From the NCBI GenBank assembly GCA_050186075.1, contig JBFWYU010000019.1, forward strand, positions 18,096 through 82,095: a DNA stretch of 64,000 bases, written 5' to 3'. Positions 29,650 to 39,971 of the stretch are shown here, piece by piece (positions within the stretch are counted from its first letter, which is position 1; every line of letters starts with the position of its first letter). The translations under genes were made by a program, and so were the position numbers. The notes below the pieces were generated by a model. It made no database searches, was not told the DNA's origin, and worked only from the letters and a program-made list of their open reading frames with translations. This DNA comes from Bacteroidia bacterium (GTDB lineage: Bacteria > Bacteroidota > Bacteroidia > SXHM01).

Positions 29650-31056
29650 ATGCAAAGTTTAATAAAGCACATTTTAAAAACATTCGCTTTCACAGCGATT
29701 GCTTTGCTTTGCTTCAACTCAACCTCTGCACAGGAAGCCCAGAAAAAACCCCAGCCTCTAACCCGCATACTCTTTGTATTTGACGGCTCGCAAAGCATGT
29801 TCGGACAATGGCAAAGCGGGATGAAGATTGATGTGGCGAAAAAGATGATGAATGAATTGTTGGACAGTTTACAAACCGTTCCGAACCTTGAACTTGCCTT
29901 GCGTTGCTACGGCCACCAGAGCCAGTATGTAAGCAGCACCCAACGCGATTGCAAAGACACCAAACTGGAAGTGCCATTCTACAAAAACAACATCACGGCA
30001 ATAAAGAATAAGATAAACACCATTCAACCAAAAGGCACAACCCCTATCGCCTACTCTCTGGAACAAACAGGTAATGATTTTCCGAAATGCGATGACTGCC
30101 GCAATATTATTATCCTCATCACCGATGGTATTGAAGAATGCGATGGCGACCCTTGCGCTGTTTCGGCTGCCTTACAGAAAAACGGAATTATTCTGAAGCC
30201 TTTTGTAATTGGCGTAGGATTAGATCAGGACATCATGAAACAGTTTGACTGTGTAGGAAACTACTACGATGCCAGCAACGAGAAAACATTTAAAACTGTG
30301 CTAAACGTTGTTATTTCTCAAGCACTGAACAATACCACCGCACAAGTGAACCTGCTTGATATTTACAGCAAGCCAACAGAAACCAACGTAAACATGACCT
30401 TCTACGATAGTTTTTCGGGAAAAATGAAATACAATTTCATCCACACCATCAACAACCGCGGCAACCCTGATACGCTGATTATTGACCCCTTGCCTACTTA
30501 CAAAATTGTGGTGCATACCATTCCCGAAGTAATGAAAGACAGCATTAAACTCACTCCGGGAAAACACACCATCATTGCCATTGATGCACCGCAAGGTGAT
30601 CTGGAATTAAAAACAGGAGGAGCCAGCGAGTATAAATCCCTGCAATGTATTGTTCGCAAACAAGGCGAAATGCAGACATTAAATATTCAGGAATTCAACC
30701 AGAAAGAGAAGTACATTATCGGGAAATATGACTTGGAAATCCTTTCACTGCCACGCACCTATGTCAACAATGTGGATATATCACAAAGTAAAACCACAAC
30801 CGTTTCAATTCCTCAACCGGGAAGAGCCAACATACTTAAGAACACTGCCGGTTACGGAGGAGTTTATCTCGAAGACAACAACAAACTAACCTTGGTTTAC
30901 AATCTTAAAATTGAGAACATACAGGAAAACCTGGTGTTGCAACCCGGCAAATACCGCGCTGTTTTCCGCCCGAAGAATTCAAAAGAATCAGAATACACAC
31001 TTGAAAAATCATTTACAATCACTTCCGGCAGTTCGGAAGTGGTAAAACTCTACTAA
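29650..31056 (+). CDS. Exported von Willebrand factor A domain protein
   Basis: Signal peptide; MIDAS DGSQSM, GTTPIAYSL, ILITDGIEECDGDPC. Confidence 0.88.
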   Translation: MQSLIKHILKTFAFTAIALLCFNSTSAQEAQKKPQPLTRILFVFDGSQSMFGQWQSGMKIDVAKKMMNELLDSLQTVPNLELALRCYGHQSQYVSSTQRDCKDTKLEVPFYKNNITAIKNKINTIQPKGTTPIAYSLEQTGNDFPKCDDCRNIIILITDGIEECDGDPCAVSAALQKNGIILKPFVIGVGLDQDIMKQFDCVGNYYDASNEKTFKTVLNVVISQALNNTTAQVNLLDIYSKPTETNVNMTFYDSFSGKMKYNFIHTINNRGNPDTLIIDPLPTYKIVVHTIPEVMKDSIKLTPGKHTIIAIDAPQGDLELKTGGASEYKSLQCIVRKQGEMQTLNIQEFNQKEKYIIGKYDLEILSLPRTYVNNVDISQSKTTTVSIPQPGRANILKNTAGYGGVYLEDNNKLTLVYNLKIENIQENLVLQPGKYRAVFRPKNSKESEYTLEKSFTITSGSSEVVKLY

Positions 31057-31057
31057 C

Positions 31058-32035
31058 ATGGAAAAAACGCTACCTATGAGCATTGAAAAAGTATCCGAGG
31101 ACAAAGACACACGCAGCGGATTTGGTGCGGGTTTGCATGAACTCGGAAAGAAAAACAAAAACGTTGTTGCGCTTTGTGCCGACCTTACCGGCTCCCTGAA
31201 AATGGATGCCTTCAAAAAAGAATTTCCCGACCGTTTTTTCCAGGTGGGAATTGCAGAAGCCAACATGATTGGCATTGCAGCGGGACTAACCATTGGCGGC
31301 AAAATTCCGTTTACCGGAACCTTCGCCAACTTTTCTACCGGAAGGGTTTATGACCAGATACGTCAGTCTGTTGCTTACTCAGATAAAAATGTAAAAATAT
31401 GTGCATCACACGCAGGTCTTACCTTGGGCGAAGACGGAGCAACCCACCAGATACTGGAAGACATCGGCATGATGAAAATGCTTCCGGGAATGAGTGTTAT
31501 CAACCCTTGTGATTATAATCAGACCAAAGAAGCAACGATTGCCATTGCCGATATTCACGGACCTGTTTACCTGCGTTTCGGCAGACCTAAAGTTCCCAAC
31601 TTCACAGGCGGACAATACCCGTTTGTGTTTGGCAAAGCTTTAAAATTCTTTGACGGAACAGATGTAACCATCTTCGCAACAGGCCACCTGGTTTGGAAAG
31701 CGCTGGAAGCAAAAAAGATCTTGGACGAAAAAGGTATCAGCGCAGAAATAATAAACATACACACAATTAAACCTTTAGATGTGGAGGCTGTCATAGCATC
31801 TGTCAGGAAAACAAAAAGTGTGGTAACAGCAGAAGAACATCAGATGAACGGAGGACTTGGCGATAGCATCGCTCAGGTTCTGGCGCAGCATTTTCCGGCT
31901 CCCATTGAAATGGTAGCGGTGAACGATAGTTTTGGCGAAAGCGGAACTCCGGAACAATTGCTTAAAAAATACGGACTCGATACTCCCAACATAGTGCAGG
32001 CGGCTGAAAAAGTAATCTCAAGAAAAGGGAATTAA
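31058..32035 (+). CDS. Transketolase, C-terminal subunit
   Basis: GIAEANM, GEDGATHQ, GPVYLRFGR, TIKPLD, AEEH. Confidence 0.93.
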   Translation: MEKTLPMSIEKVSEDKDTRSGFGAGLHELGKKNKNVVALCADLTGSLKMDAFKKEFPDRFFQVGIAEANMIGIAAGLTIGGKIPFTGTFANFSTGRVYDQIRQSVAYSDKNVKICASHAGLTLGEDGATHQILEDIGMMKMLPGMSVINPCDYNQTKEATIAIADIHGPVYLRFGRPKVPNFTGGQYPFVFGKALKFFDGTDVTIFATGHLVWKALEAKKILDEKGISAEIINIHTIKPLDVEAVIASVRKTKSVVTAEEHQMNGGLGDSIAQVLAQHFPAPIEMVAVNDSFGESGTPEQLLKKYGLDTPNIVQAAEKVISRKGN

Positions 32036-32101
32036 TCCGTATTCGTTTGTATGCAGTTCTGAGTTGACACTTTTGTTTCCTTCAACATAAATTGAAACCT
32101 C

Positions 32102-32647
32102 ATGGAAACAGAAGATAAAAATTTACTCGAACAGTTTCGCAACGAGACAACACGCAGCAGCGCATTTAATTCAATCCTCAGCAAATACCAGAAAAGGCTT
32201 TACTGGCACATCCGCAAAATGGTTATTGACCATGATGATACGGATGATATTCTTCAAAATACATTCATAAAAGTCTGGAAAAGCCTTGATAATTTTCGTG
32301 AAGACGCACAGCTTTACACCTGGCTCTATCGCATTGCTACCAATGAATGCCTGACTTTTCTTGCAAAGAAAAAGAACAGCAACACCATTTCCATCAACGA
32401 AGTGGAATACAGCCTGCACGAAAAAATTGACAGCGAAAAGAATTACACAGGCGAAGAAATTCAGCGTAAGCTGCAAAAAGCAATTTTAACGCTTCCCGAG
32501 AAACAGCGCCTTGTATTTAACATGAAATACTTTGACGCCATGAAATACGAAGAGATGAGTGTAGTTCTTGAAACTTCGGTGGGTGCGCTGAAAGCATCCT
32601 ACCACCATGCCGTAAAAAAAATTGAACATTTTATTACCAACGGTTAA
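32102..32647 (+). CDS. ECF sigma-70 factor
   Basis: DDILQNTFIKVW, TWLYRIATN, LPEKQRLVF, region-4 HTH. Confidence 0.93.
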   Translation: METEDKNLLEQFRNETTRSSAFNSILSKYQKRLYWHIRKMVIDHDDTDDILQNTFIKVWKSLDNFREDAQLYTWLYRIATNECLTFLAKKKNSNTISINEVEYSLHEKIDSEKNYTGEEIQRKLQKAILTLPEKQRLVFNMKYFDAMKYEEMSVVLETSVGALKASYHHAVKKIEHFITNG

Positions 32648-32679
32648 ACCTTTTTAAACCAAATGAATCATAGTTGCAA

Positions 32680-33168
32680 ATGAGCACAGAAAACAAGAAT
32701 ATAGAATTTGATGATGGCAAGCTGAAGTACGAAAGTCCCCTGCTTTCCAAACTCAAACAATCGCCCATAGATTTCAAAGAGCCTGATGGTTATTTTGAAG
32801 ATTTCAACCGCAGGCTAAACGAGAAGATTAAATACCAACAACCTAGCATTACACCGTTAAAAAAGCAAGGTGTAGTAAGAAGATTACTGCAACCGCGCTA
32901 TGCCATTGCTGCCGCTTTGATCACAGCAATCTGTGTTATTGGATTTAAATTTATAAAAGAAGGAAAACCTCTGACACAAAATGATATTGCAGAAGTAGTA
33001 TCAACCGAAAAGATTGAAAGCATAGACGAAGAAGTGTTGATAGATGCTATTGAAATTGAAACACTGGATGAAACCGAAATGCTGAATGAAGAAGAAATTT
33101 CAGACGAATTAATTATTGATTACTTAGTTGAAAACGATATTGATCTGGATTTAATAAACGAACTATAA
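32680..33168 (+). CDS. Putative single-TM anti-sigma factor
   Basis: FKEPDGYFEDF motif, one TM helix, acidic C-terminus; directly after the ECF sigma. Confidence 0.65.
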   Translation: MSTENKNIEFDDGKLKYESPLLSKLKQSPIDFKEPDGYFEDFNRRLNEKIKYQQPSITPLKKQGVVRRLLQPRYAIAAALITAICVIGFKFIKEGKPLTQNDIAEVVSTEKIESIDEEVLIDAIEIETLDETEMLNEEEISDELIIDYLVENDIDLDLINEL

Positions 33169-33176
33169 ATAAACAC

Positions 33177-33638
33177 ATGAATACTATGAAAACTGCTATG
33201 CTCACCTTCTTTGCTGCACTTGGTTTTATCGCTATTTCAATTGCACAACCAGGACCAAAACACGAACAGAAAAAAGAAAAGGTAGAGGCGATGAAAATCG
33301 GTTTCATTACGCAACAGATGGATTTAACTCCTGAAGAAGCGCAGAAGTTCTGGCCCGTTTATAACCAAATGAACAATGAGATTGAGACGTTGCGCAAAGA
33401 ACGAAAACTCTCACGTGAAAATGCAAAGGAGACTTTTGATGTTATGACTGATGCCGATATTGAAAAACTGATTAACGATGAAATGGCAAGCCGCCAGAAG
33501 GAATTAGACATCCACAAAAAATATGTGGCGCAGTTTAAATCGGTGTTGCCGATAAAAAAAGTGGCGCAATTCTACAAAGCAGAAGAACAGTTTAAGCGCA
33601 AACTGCTGGAGAAAATTCAGGAGAAAAAGCAGGAGTAA
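33177..33638 (+). CDS. Periplasmic Spy/CpxP-like helical protein of the ECF operon
   Basis: Signal peptide; KIGFITQQMDLTPEEAQKFWPVYN motif. Confidence 0.7.
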   Translation: MNTMKTAMLTFFAALGFIAISIAQPGPKHEQKKEKVEAMKIGFITQQMDLTPEEAQKFWPVYNQMNNEIETLRKERKLSRENAKETFDVMTDADIEKLINDEMASRQKELDIHKKYVAQFKSVLPIKKVAQFYKAEEQFKRKLLEKIQEKKQE

Positions 33639-33693
33639 ATTTCCGGTTTATTTATCCGTTAATTTTCCCAATCTTTGAGGGCTTTCGTATCAA

Positions 33694-35391
33694 ATGCGAA
33701 CAGCCATAACAACACAGCCCTCAATGATTGTTTTAAAAAAAGTCGCATTCTTTATTTTAATTTTTGCAGGCTTGTTGTGGCTAGTTACCGACCGCCACAA
33801 ATACAATCCTGAGTTTACATGGCGAAGTAACCTGTGGGCCGACCCTGCGGGTTACTATGTTTATCTACCTGCTTTATTCATTTATGATTTTGACGCAGAA
33901 AAAATGCCTGCAAAAATTGACAGTTTGTGCGGTGATGGATTTGATATTGACAAAACAAACAACAAGCTATTTACAAAATACACCTGCGGAGTAGCCATTC
34001 TGCAATCGCCATTTTTTCTGACAGCACATTTGATTGAACAAGGGCAACCATCCAATTACAAAGGCTTTTCAGGCTTGTATCAGAAAGTACCCGATATGGC
34101 TGCCGCCTTTTATGGCAGCATAGCATTGGTGTTTCTTTTCTTCTTCCTGCGCTTTTATTTTGATACCTGGCTCTCTGGTTTTATAACAGCGGCCATGTTC
34201 CTTGGAACCAATATTTACTTCTTTACACTTTACGGAAACGGAGGTTCACACGTCTACTCCTTCGCTCTCTTTGCTGTATTTCTGTATCTGACAAAGACAA
34301 TAACAGAAAACAACAATCCTAAACTCGCTTACATTATTGGCTGGGCTTTTACAATTGCTTTTATTCTGCTTATCCGCCCGCTTAATTTGCTGTTTCTTAT
34401 TCCTGTAGTTTTTATTGACTGTAGTTCGTTCACTGAAGCATGGGAACGTGTAAAGTTTTTTGCAAAGCCTAAATTCATTGCAATCACCATAGCCGCGGGG
34501 TTTCTCACCTTTCTTCCGCAGTTTATCTACTGGAATTATCTGAGCGGAAACTGGATTTACTATTCCTACCAGAATGAGACCTTCAGCTACTGGAAATCTC
34601 CGCAATTAGCACGTTTATTATTTTCACCAAACAACGGGTTATTGCCTTACAACCCGATTTATTTTTTCATTGTATTTGCATTAGCCGCTATGCTCTTTTC
34701 AAAAGCAAAGAACGGTTTCCTGATTATGTTTGCTTTCCTGATGCTGGTATATCTTTCAGCATCGTGGCATGCAGTTGCATTTGGTTGCGGCTATGGCAGC
34801 AGAAACTTTTCGGAGTATGCCGCATTGTTTGCGCTTCCGCTTGGCTGGTTTTTTCAGCAGGCAAAAAACAATAACATCTTTAAATACCTGACCGGTATTC
34901 TGGTGGTGTTTTGTGTATTGATAAATCAGAAAGCTGTTTACTCGCACGACCGCTGCTTTTGGGGAGGTGACTGGGATTACAAAGAATATACACACCAGTT
35001 AACACGCGGAGGCTACTCAAATACATTTATCTTGAAAGATGGCGGAGCATTTACACCTGAAAAAGAATATTCTGAATCATTTTATATCCGCCAGGAAAAG
35101 TACACGCTTTCAAGTTTCAGGAATATGAAAATAACGGCAAACATAAAGCTGATTAACACCAGCGCTGACGCAATGCTGGTTATTGACCTGAAAGCTAAAG
35201 ACGGCTCGCGCATAGAATGGAAAGCTGTAAACCTGAGAGATTATTCTACAACACTCAATGCTTTTGAAAAGGTAACACTTATAGCACCTTTGCCGCGCGA
35301 GTTTAATACAGAAGCCGATTATCAGCTCTATATCTGGAATTCAAAAAAGGATACGTTCGTAGTTAAAGACCTTGAAATTACGCTCCGCTGA
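33694..35391 (+). CDS. Polytopic GT-C fold glycosyltransferase-like membrane protein
   Basis: DPAGYYVYLP, KYTCGVAILQSPFF, many TM segments, LFSPNNGLL, GYGSR. Confidence 0.6.
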   Translation: MRTAITTQPSMIVLKKVAFFILIFAGLLWLVTDRHKYNPEFTWRSNLWADPAGYYVYLPALFIYDFDAEKMPAKIDSLCGDGFDIDKTNNKLFTKYTCGVAILQSPFFLTAHLIEQGQPSNYKGFSGLYQKVPDMAAAFYGSIALVFLFFFLRFYFDTWLSGFITAAMFLGTNIYFFTLYGNGGSHVYSFALFAVFLYLTKTITENNNPKLAYIIGWAFTIAFILLIRPLNLLFLIPVVFIDCSSFTEAWERVKFFAKPKFIAITIAAGFLTFLPQFIYWNYLSGNWIYYSYQNETFSYWKSPQLARLLFSPNNGLLPYNPIYFFIVFALAAMLFSKAKNGFLIMFAFLMLVYLSASWHAVAFGCGYGSRNFSEYAALFALPLGWFFQQAKNNNIFKYLTGILVVFCVLINQKAVYSHDRCFWGGDWDYKEYTHQLTRGGYSNTFILKDGGAFTPEKEYSESFYIRQEKYTLSSFRNMKITANIKLINTSADAMLVIDLKAKDGSRIEWKAVNLRDYSTTLNAFEKVTLIAPLPREFNTEADYQLYIWNSKKDTFVVKDLEITLR

Positions 35392-35393
35392 TT

Positions 35394-36989
35394 TTACTTT
35401 TTACCGAAGTTTCCCTCACTCGTAAAGTTAAATTCAATCTTAGGATATTGCTCCTTTGCCATCTGCAAGCCCCAGGCTGAATCAGCAAGGAAAACAGGAT
35501 TGCCGTCTTTGTCTTCGCTAATGTGATCGCCTTTACGCTCCATAAAAAGAGCCAACGCATTTTTATCTTCACTGCTTATCCAACAGGCTTTGTGCAGGTT
35601 GATGGGTTGATAGCGGCACGATGCACCATACTCGTGCAGCAAGCGGAATTGAATTACCTCAAACTGCAGCGCACCAACGGTACCTATAATTTTTCTGCCG
35701 TTCCATTTGCTGGTGAAAAGTTGCGCCACACCTTCGTCCATCAGTTGTTCCAAGCCTTTTGCAAGCTGTTTGCTTTTCATAGGGTCTGAGTTTTCTACAT
35801 AGCGGAAAAGCTCGGGCGAGAAACTGGGGATACCTTTAAAGTGTAATTGCTCTCCTTCTGTCAACGTATCACCAATTTTGAAGTTACCGCTATCGGGCAG
35901 GCCGACAATATCACCGGGAAATGCTTCGTCAATGATTTCTTTTTTATCGGCCATGAAAGAAGTGGGCGATGAAAAACGCAATTGCTTGCCCAATCTTACA
36001 TGCAGGTAATTTTTACTTCTTTGAAACTTACCCGAACACACGCGCACAAAAGCAATACGGTTGCGGTGGTTAGGATCCATGTTGGCATGTATCTTAAAAA
36101 TAAATCCGCTGAATTTTTCTTCGTCAGGGGCTACAGCACGTTCTTCGGTTGTTCTGCCAACGGGTGATGGCGCAATTTCTATAAAGCAATCCAACAGCTC
36201 GCGCACACCAAAGTTATTGATGGCGCTACCAAAGAAAACAGGTGAAATATCTCCCGCTAAATAATCGCTGACTTTAAACTCAGGATAAACACCTTCTACC
36301 AATTCCGAATCTTCGCGCAGCTTTGCGGCAGCTCGTTCGCCAATTTGACTTTCTAATTCAGGACTATTGATGTCGGTGATGCGGATGGTTTCTTCGTCTT
36401 TCTGTTTGCCGTGCGGATTGAAAAGGTTCAGCGTTTTTTCCCAGATGGTATAAACACCTTTAAAATCCTGTCCCATGCCGATGGGCAAACTGAGCGGGCG
36501 AACTTTGATGAACAGCTTCTTCTCAATATCGTCCATCAGGTCGAAAGGGTCTATTCCCTCGCGGTCTAATTTATTGATGAAAACAATGATGGGCGTTTTG
36601 CGCATGCGGCAAACTTCCACCAGTTTTATGGTTTGCGGCTCTACTCCTTTTGCAGCATCAATAACTACGATAACGCTGTCAACTGCAGTGAGTGTGCGGA
36701 ATGTATCTTCCGCGAAATCCTGGTGACCGGGTGTATCAAGGATGTTGATCTTTTTGCCTTTGTAGTCAAATGCCATTACCGAAGTGGCAACGGAAATTCC
36801 GCGCTGCTTCTCAATTTCCATCCAGTCGCTGGTGGCGGTTTTCTTTATCTTGTTTGATTTTACGGCACCGGCAATCTGTATAGCGCCACCGAATAAAAGC
36901 AGTTTCTCGGTAAGCGTGGTCTTTCCGGCATCGGGGTGACTGACGATGGCAAAGGTTCTTCTACGTAAAATTTCTTCTTTAAATGTCAT
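35394..36989 (-). CDS. prfC: Peptide chain release factor 3
   Basis: [26 protein letters not shown]; start ATG 36989 (MTFKEEI). Confidence 0.97.
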   Translation of the reverse strand: MTFKEEILRRRTFAIVSHPDAGKTTLTEKLLLFGGAIQIAGAVKSNKIKKTATSDWMEIEKQRGISVATSVMAFDYKGKKINILDTPGHQDFAEDTFRTLTAVDSVIVVIDAAKGVEPQTIKLVEVCRMRKTPIIVFINKLDREGIDPFDLMDDIEKKLFIKVRPLSLPIGMGQDFKGVYTIWEKTLNLFNPHGKQKDEETIRITDINSPELESQIGERAAAKLREDSELVEGVYPEFKVSDYLAGDISPVFFGSAINNFGVRELLDCFIEIAPSPVGRTTEERAVAPDEEKFSGFIFKIHANMDPNHRNRIAFVRVCSGKFQRSKNYLHVRLGKQLRFSSPTSFMADKKEIIDEAFPGDIVGLPDSGNFKIGDTLTEGEQLHFKGIPSFSPELFRYVENSDPMKSKQLAKGLEQLMDEGVAQLFTSKWNGRKIIGTVGALQFEVIQFRLLHEYGASCRYQPINLHKACWISSEDKNALALFMERKGDHISEDKDGNPVFLADSAWGLQMAKEQYPKIEFNFTSEGNFGKK

Positions 36990-37011
36990 TTTTTTACCAC
37001 TATCTTTTTTC

Positions 37012-37069
37012 ACCACTAAGGACACAAGTTCACTAAGATTATTCTAAGTGTGCTTGTGTCCTTAGTGGT
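37012..37069. repeat. Palindromic hairpin element
   Basis: Perfect 17-bp inverted repeat ACCACTAAGGACACAAG / CTTGTGTCCTTAGTGGT. Confidence 0.8.
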
Positions 37070-37075
37070 AAAGTT

Positions 37076-38020
37076 TTATTCCATTAGTCCGCGACCTGAT
37101 TTCTGAATTTTATCTTCGCGTTTGAAGTCAATTAATATCTTGTCGAGAATACCATTGATGAAGAGTTTGCTCTGCGGGGTGCTGTAGTCTTTCGAGATTT
37201 CAATGTATTCGTTCATGCTTACTTTGGTGGGCACGGATGGAAAGTTGAGGAATTCGGAGATGGCCATTTTCATCAGCAACACATCCATAAAGGCTACGCG
37301 TTCCATTTCCCAGTTCTGTAATTTGGGTTTAATCAGGTCATCATATTCCTTTTCGTGGATAATGGTTTTATGGAAAAGGTCGAGCATAAATCTGCGGTCT
37401 TCATCGTCTTTAAGCAAAGGAAGCAGCGGTGCATCGTTGCCTGCATTTTCGCCAATAGTTCCCAGTGTTTTAACTACCATGCTGTTGATGAATTCCAGAT
37501 CATCAACCCAGTAAATGCTTTTGTCTTCAAAGAGTGAATGCAGGCGTTCTTCGGTGGCAACGTATTTCTTGAAAACACTTTGCACAAACTTTTGCTCTAC
37601 TGCATAACTCTTGTCTTCATTGCTCATGTAGGCAGCATATTCTTCGCTATCCACAATGCTGTTGTAAATCTTTTTAATCAGCTCGGGTTCATCGGCCCAG
37701 GAGAGTTTGCGCACTTCGGCTTCTCTGCGCAGGGCATTGTTGTTAGACAATTTAGCAAGCAAGGGATTGTCAACAAACCGGGTGTTGGGATTTAAATCTT
37801 CGGGGTTGGGGATGCGCTTTTGCTTGCGCTCGTCAATACGTGCTTTGCCGAAATCAACGAGCTCGGGCAGCAGCAGCAGGATGTAAATATAGAGGTCGTA
37901 AATCTTGTTGACGCCTTTTAATAATTCTTTTTCGCCTTTGGCGAGGTCGTTATTATCGCCTTGAAGGAATGCATAAATGGCTTGCATTACCTTAACTCTC
38001 AGGTGTCGTCTGCTCAACAT
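37076..38020 (-). CDS. nusB: Transcription antitermination factor NusB (long Bacteroidota form)
   Basis: MLSRRHLRVKVMQ, VPTKVSMNEYIEISKDYSTPQSKLFINGILD. Confidence 0.93.
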   Translation of the reverse strand: MLSRRHLRVKVMQAIYAFLQGDNNDLAKGEKELLKGVNKIYDLYIYILLLLPELVDFGKARIDERKQKRIPNPEDLNPNTRFVDNPLLAKLSNNNALRREAEVRKLSWADEPELIKKIYNSIVDSEEYAAYMSNEDKSYAVEQKFVQSVFKKYVATEERLHSLFEDKSIYWVDDLEFINSMVVKTLGTIGENAGNDAPLLPLLKDDEDRRFMLDLFHKTIIHEKEYDDLIKPKLQNWEMERVAFMDVLLMKMAISEFLNFPSVPTKVSMNEYIEISKDYSTPQSKLFINGILDKILIDFKREDKIQKSGRGLME

Positions 38021-38083
38021 GATTTAAAGAACGGGGTGTTTATTTAATTGATAATGTTTAATTGATAATTGATAATGTTTTGT

Positions 38084-38145
38084 TGTCACCCTGAGCGTAG
38101 TCGAAGGGCTTAATGCTTGGTGCTTCGACTACGCTCAGCATGACA
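38084..38145. repeat. Complete inverted pair of REP-like elements
   Basis: TGTCACCCTGAGCGTAGTCGAAG ... CTTCGACTACGCTCAGCATGACA. Confidence 0.85.
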
Positions 38146-39234
38146 TTAATTTTTTCTTGCTGCTGCTATTCGCGCCATTGCTGCATTCAACGCTGCCTGG
38201 GCAGTGGTGATGTTTTGCTCTTTTGCGGTGTTTAATATGTTTAAGGTGGTATCGTAAATTCTGGCGGTTTCTTCCATTGTTTTCTGCATGTTGTAGCCTG
38301 CTACTTCGGCATAAACAGTAATGATTCCACCGGCATTGATGAGAAAATCGGGGGCATATACTATGCCGCGGTCTTTGAGCATTTGTCCGTGTACTTTCTC
38401 ATCCAGCAACTGGTTGTTGGCTGCACCGCAAACAATGGCGCAGCGCAGTTGCGGAATGGTTTCGCTGTTGAGCGTTGCACCCAGAGCGCAGGGAGCATAA
38501 ATGTCCACTTCCTCGGCATAGATGTTTCCGCTGACGGCTATGGCATTGTAGTTGGCTACAATGGTTTTCACACGCTCCGGATTTATATCGTTTACAAAAA
38601 CAGTTGCTCCTTCTTTGGTAAGGTAATCAATCAGGGTTTCGCCTACATGGCCGGTGCCCTGCACCAACACCTTTTTTCCGGCAAGCGAATCGGTACCCCA
38701 AGTAAATTTTGCAGCGGCTTTCATGCCCCTGTACACGCCATAAGCGGTAACGGGTGATGGATTTCCGTTGCCCCCCATTTCAACAGGCAGGCCGGTAACA
38801 TGGTCGGTTTCTTTTTTGATGTACACCATGTCCTGCGTTTCCATGCCCACATCTTCGGCAGTGATGTATTTGCCGCCAAGGGTTTCAACAAACTTGCCGA
38901 ACCTGCGCATAAGGGCTTCGTTCTTCTGGGTTTTGGCATCGCCTATAATCACGGCTTTTCCGCCACCGAGTTTAAGTCCGGTGATGGCAGCTTTAAAGGT
39001 CATTCCGCGCGAAAGGCGCAACACATCGTTAAGGGCTTCTTCTTCCGTTGCATAGTTCCACATGCGGGTGCCGCCCAGGGCAGGACCAAGCACGGTATTA
39101 TGCACGGCTATAATGGCTTTCAATCCTGTTTCTTTATCCTGGCAAAACAGTACCTGCTCGTGTTCCATTTCGGCCATTTGCGCCAATACGCCTTTGGCAA
39201 TGGAAGCAGAAACGGGTGTTGTTTTAAACGACAT
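38146..39234 (-). CDS. Leucine dehydrogenase (Glu/Leu/Phe/Val family)
   Basis: GPALGGTR, GGGKAVI, YITAEDVG, PCALG, GAANNQL, NAGG. Confidence 0.93.
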   Translation of the reverse strand: MSFKTTPVSASIAKGVLAQMAEMEHEQVLFCQDKETGLKAIIAVHNTVLGPALGGTRMWNYATEEEALNDVLRLSRGMTFKAAITGLKLGGGKAVIIGDAKTQKNEALMRRFGKFVETLGGKYITAEDVGMETQDMVYIKKETDHVTGLPVEMGGNGNPSPVTAYGVYRGMKAAAKFTWGTDSLAGKKVLVQGTGHVGETLIDYLTKEGATVFVNDINPERVKTIVANYNAIAVSGNIYAEEVDIYAPCALGATLNSETIPQLRCAIVCGAANNQLLDEKVHGQMLKDRGIVYAPDFLINAGGIITVYAEVAGYNMQKTMEETARIYDTTLNILNTAKEQNITTAQAALNAAMARIAAARKN

Positions 39235-39332
39235 GATTTTTTTGATTTTTAAGCGGGGGCAAATGTAGTAATTAGCTGATGAGTAAATTAGCTGATTAGC
39301 TGATTATTTTTTTACCGCTAAGCCGCGGAGGT

Positions 39333-39398
39333 TTTGCCACAGATTCACAGATTAAAAACATAGAACAGCAGACATTAAATCTGTGAATCTGTGGCAAA
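39333..39398. repeat. Palindromic hairpin element
   Basis: Perfect 21-bp inverted repeat TTTGCCACAGATTCACAGATT / AATCTGTGAATCTGTGGCAAA. Confidence 0.85.
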
Positions 39399-39430
39399 CT
39401 ATTTTTCCTATTAAAAAATTTGCCCAACTA

Positions 39431-39462
39431 TTGCTTTTGTCAGGTGAAGTTTATAGTTTAGC
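39431..39462 (+). promoter_or_regulatory. Putative Bacteroidota sigma-A promoter
   Basis: TTG at 39431 and TAGTTTAG (TAnnTTTG variant) at 39454-39461, 20 nt before ATG 39481. Confidence 0.55.
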
Positions 39463-39480
39463 CTGCGAAAACATACAAAA

Positions 39481-39585
<105 letters not shown>

Positions 39586-39603
39586 TTTCCGTTTTCTTAC
39601 GTT

Positions 39604-39919
39604 CATTTTCGCTTCGGGTAGAATGTCTTCCGCTTCGGGTAAAAGCATTTTACCTCAAGGCAGAATCATTTTCGCTTCGGGTAAAATCATTTCACCCTGC
39701 GGTGGAATCATTTTCGCTCATGAGCGAAAACCGTTTCACCTTAGCCAAAGTGGGTTTACCCTGTGGTAAAACCGTTTTCCCCCAAGGCACAGTCATTTTC
39801 CCTTGGGGGAGAATCATTCTCCCTCAAGGCGCAACCGTTGTCCCCCGGAGAAAAATGGGCCTGCCCCGTTCAGCAGCCTGTTTACCCTAAGGGAAAATGA
39901 TTCTACCCAACGCAAAAAC
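39604..39919. repeat. Tandem array of ~15 x 21-bp degenerate palindromes (C-ATTTTCCC-N4-GGGAAAAT consensus)
   Basis: Units at 39604, 39625, 39646, 39667, 39688, 39709 (23 nt), 39732 (20 nt), 39752 ... 39899. Confidence 0.9.
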
Positions 39920-39971
39920 CAATTCTTTATATACAAAACCGATTATTAACCCTTAAAAAAAACCAAAAAAC

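Noticed and set aside
39702-39890. Independent 62-aa gene from GTG
   Set aside because: Its frame is open back through the GA tract, so it is better read as the slipped continuation of the 39481 leader.
39604-39919. CRISPR array or integron attC series
   Set aside because: No unique spacers of adequate length, no cas or integrase gene, no cassettes between units.
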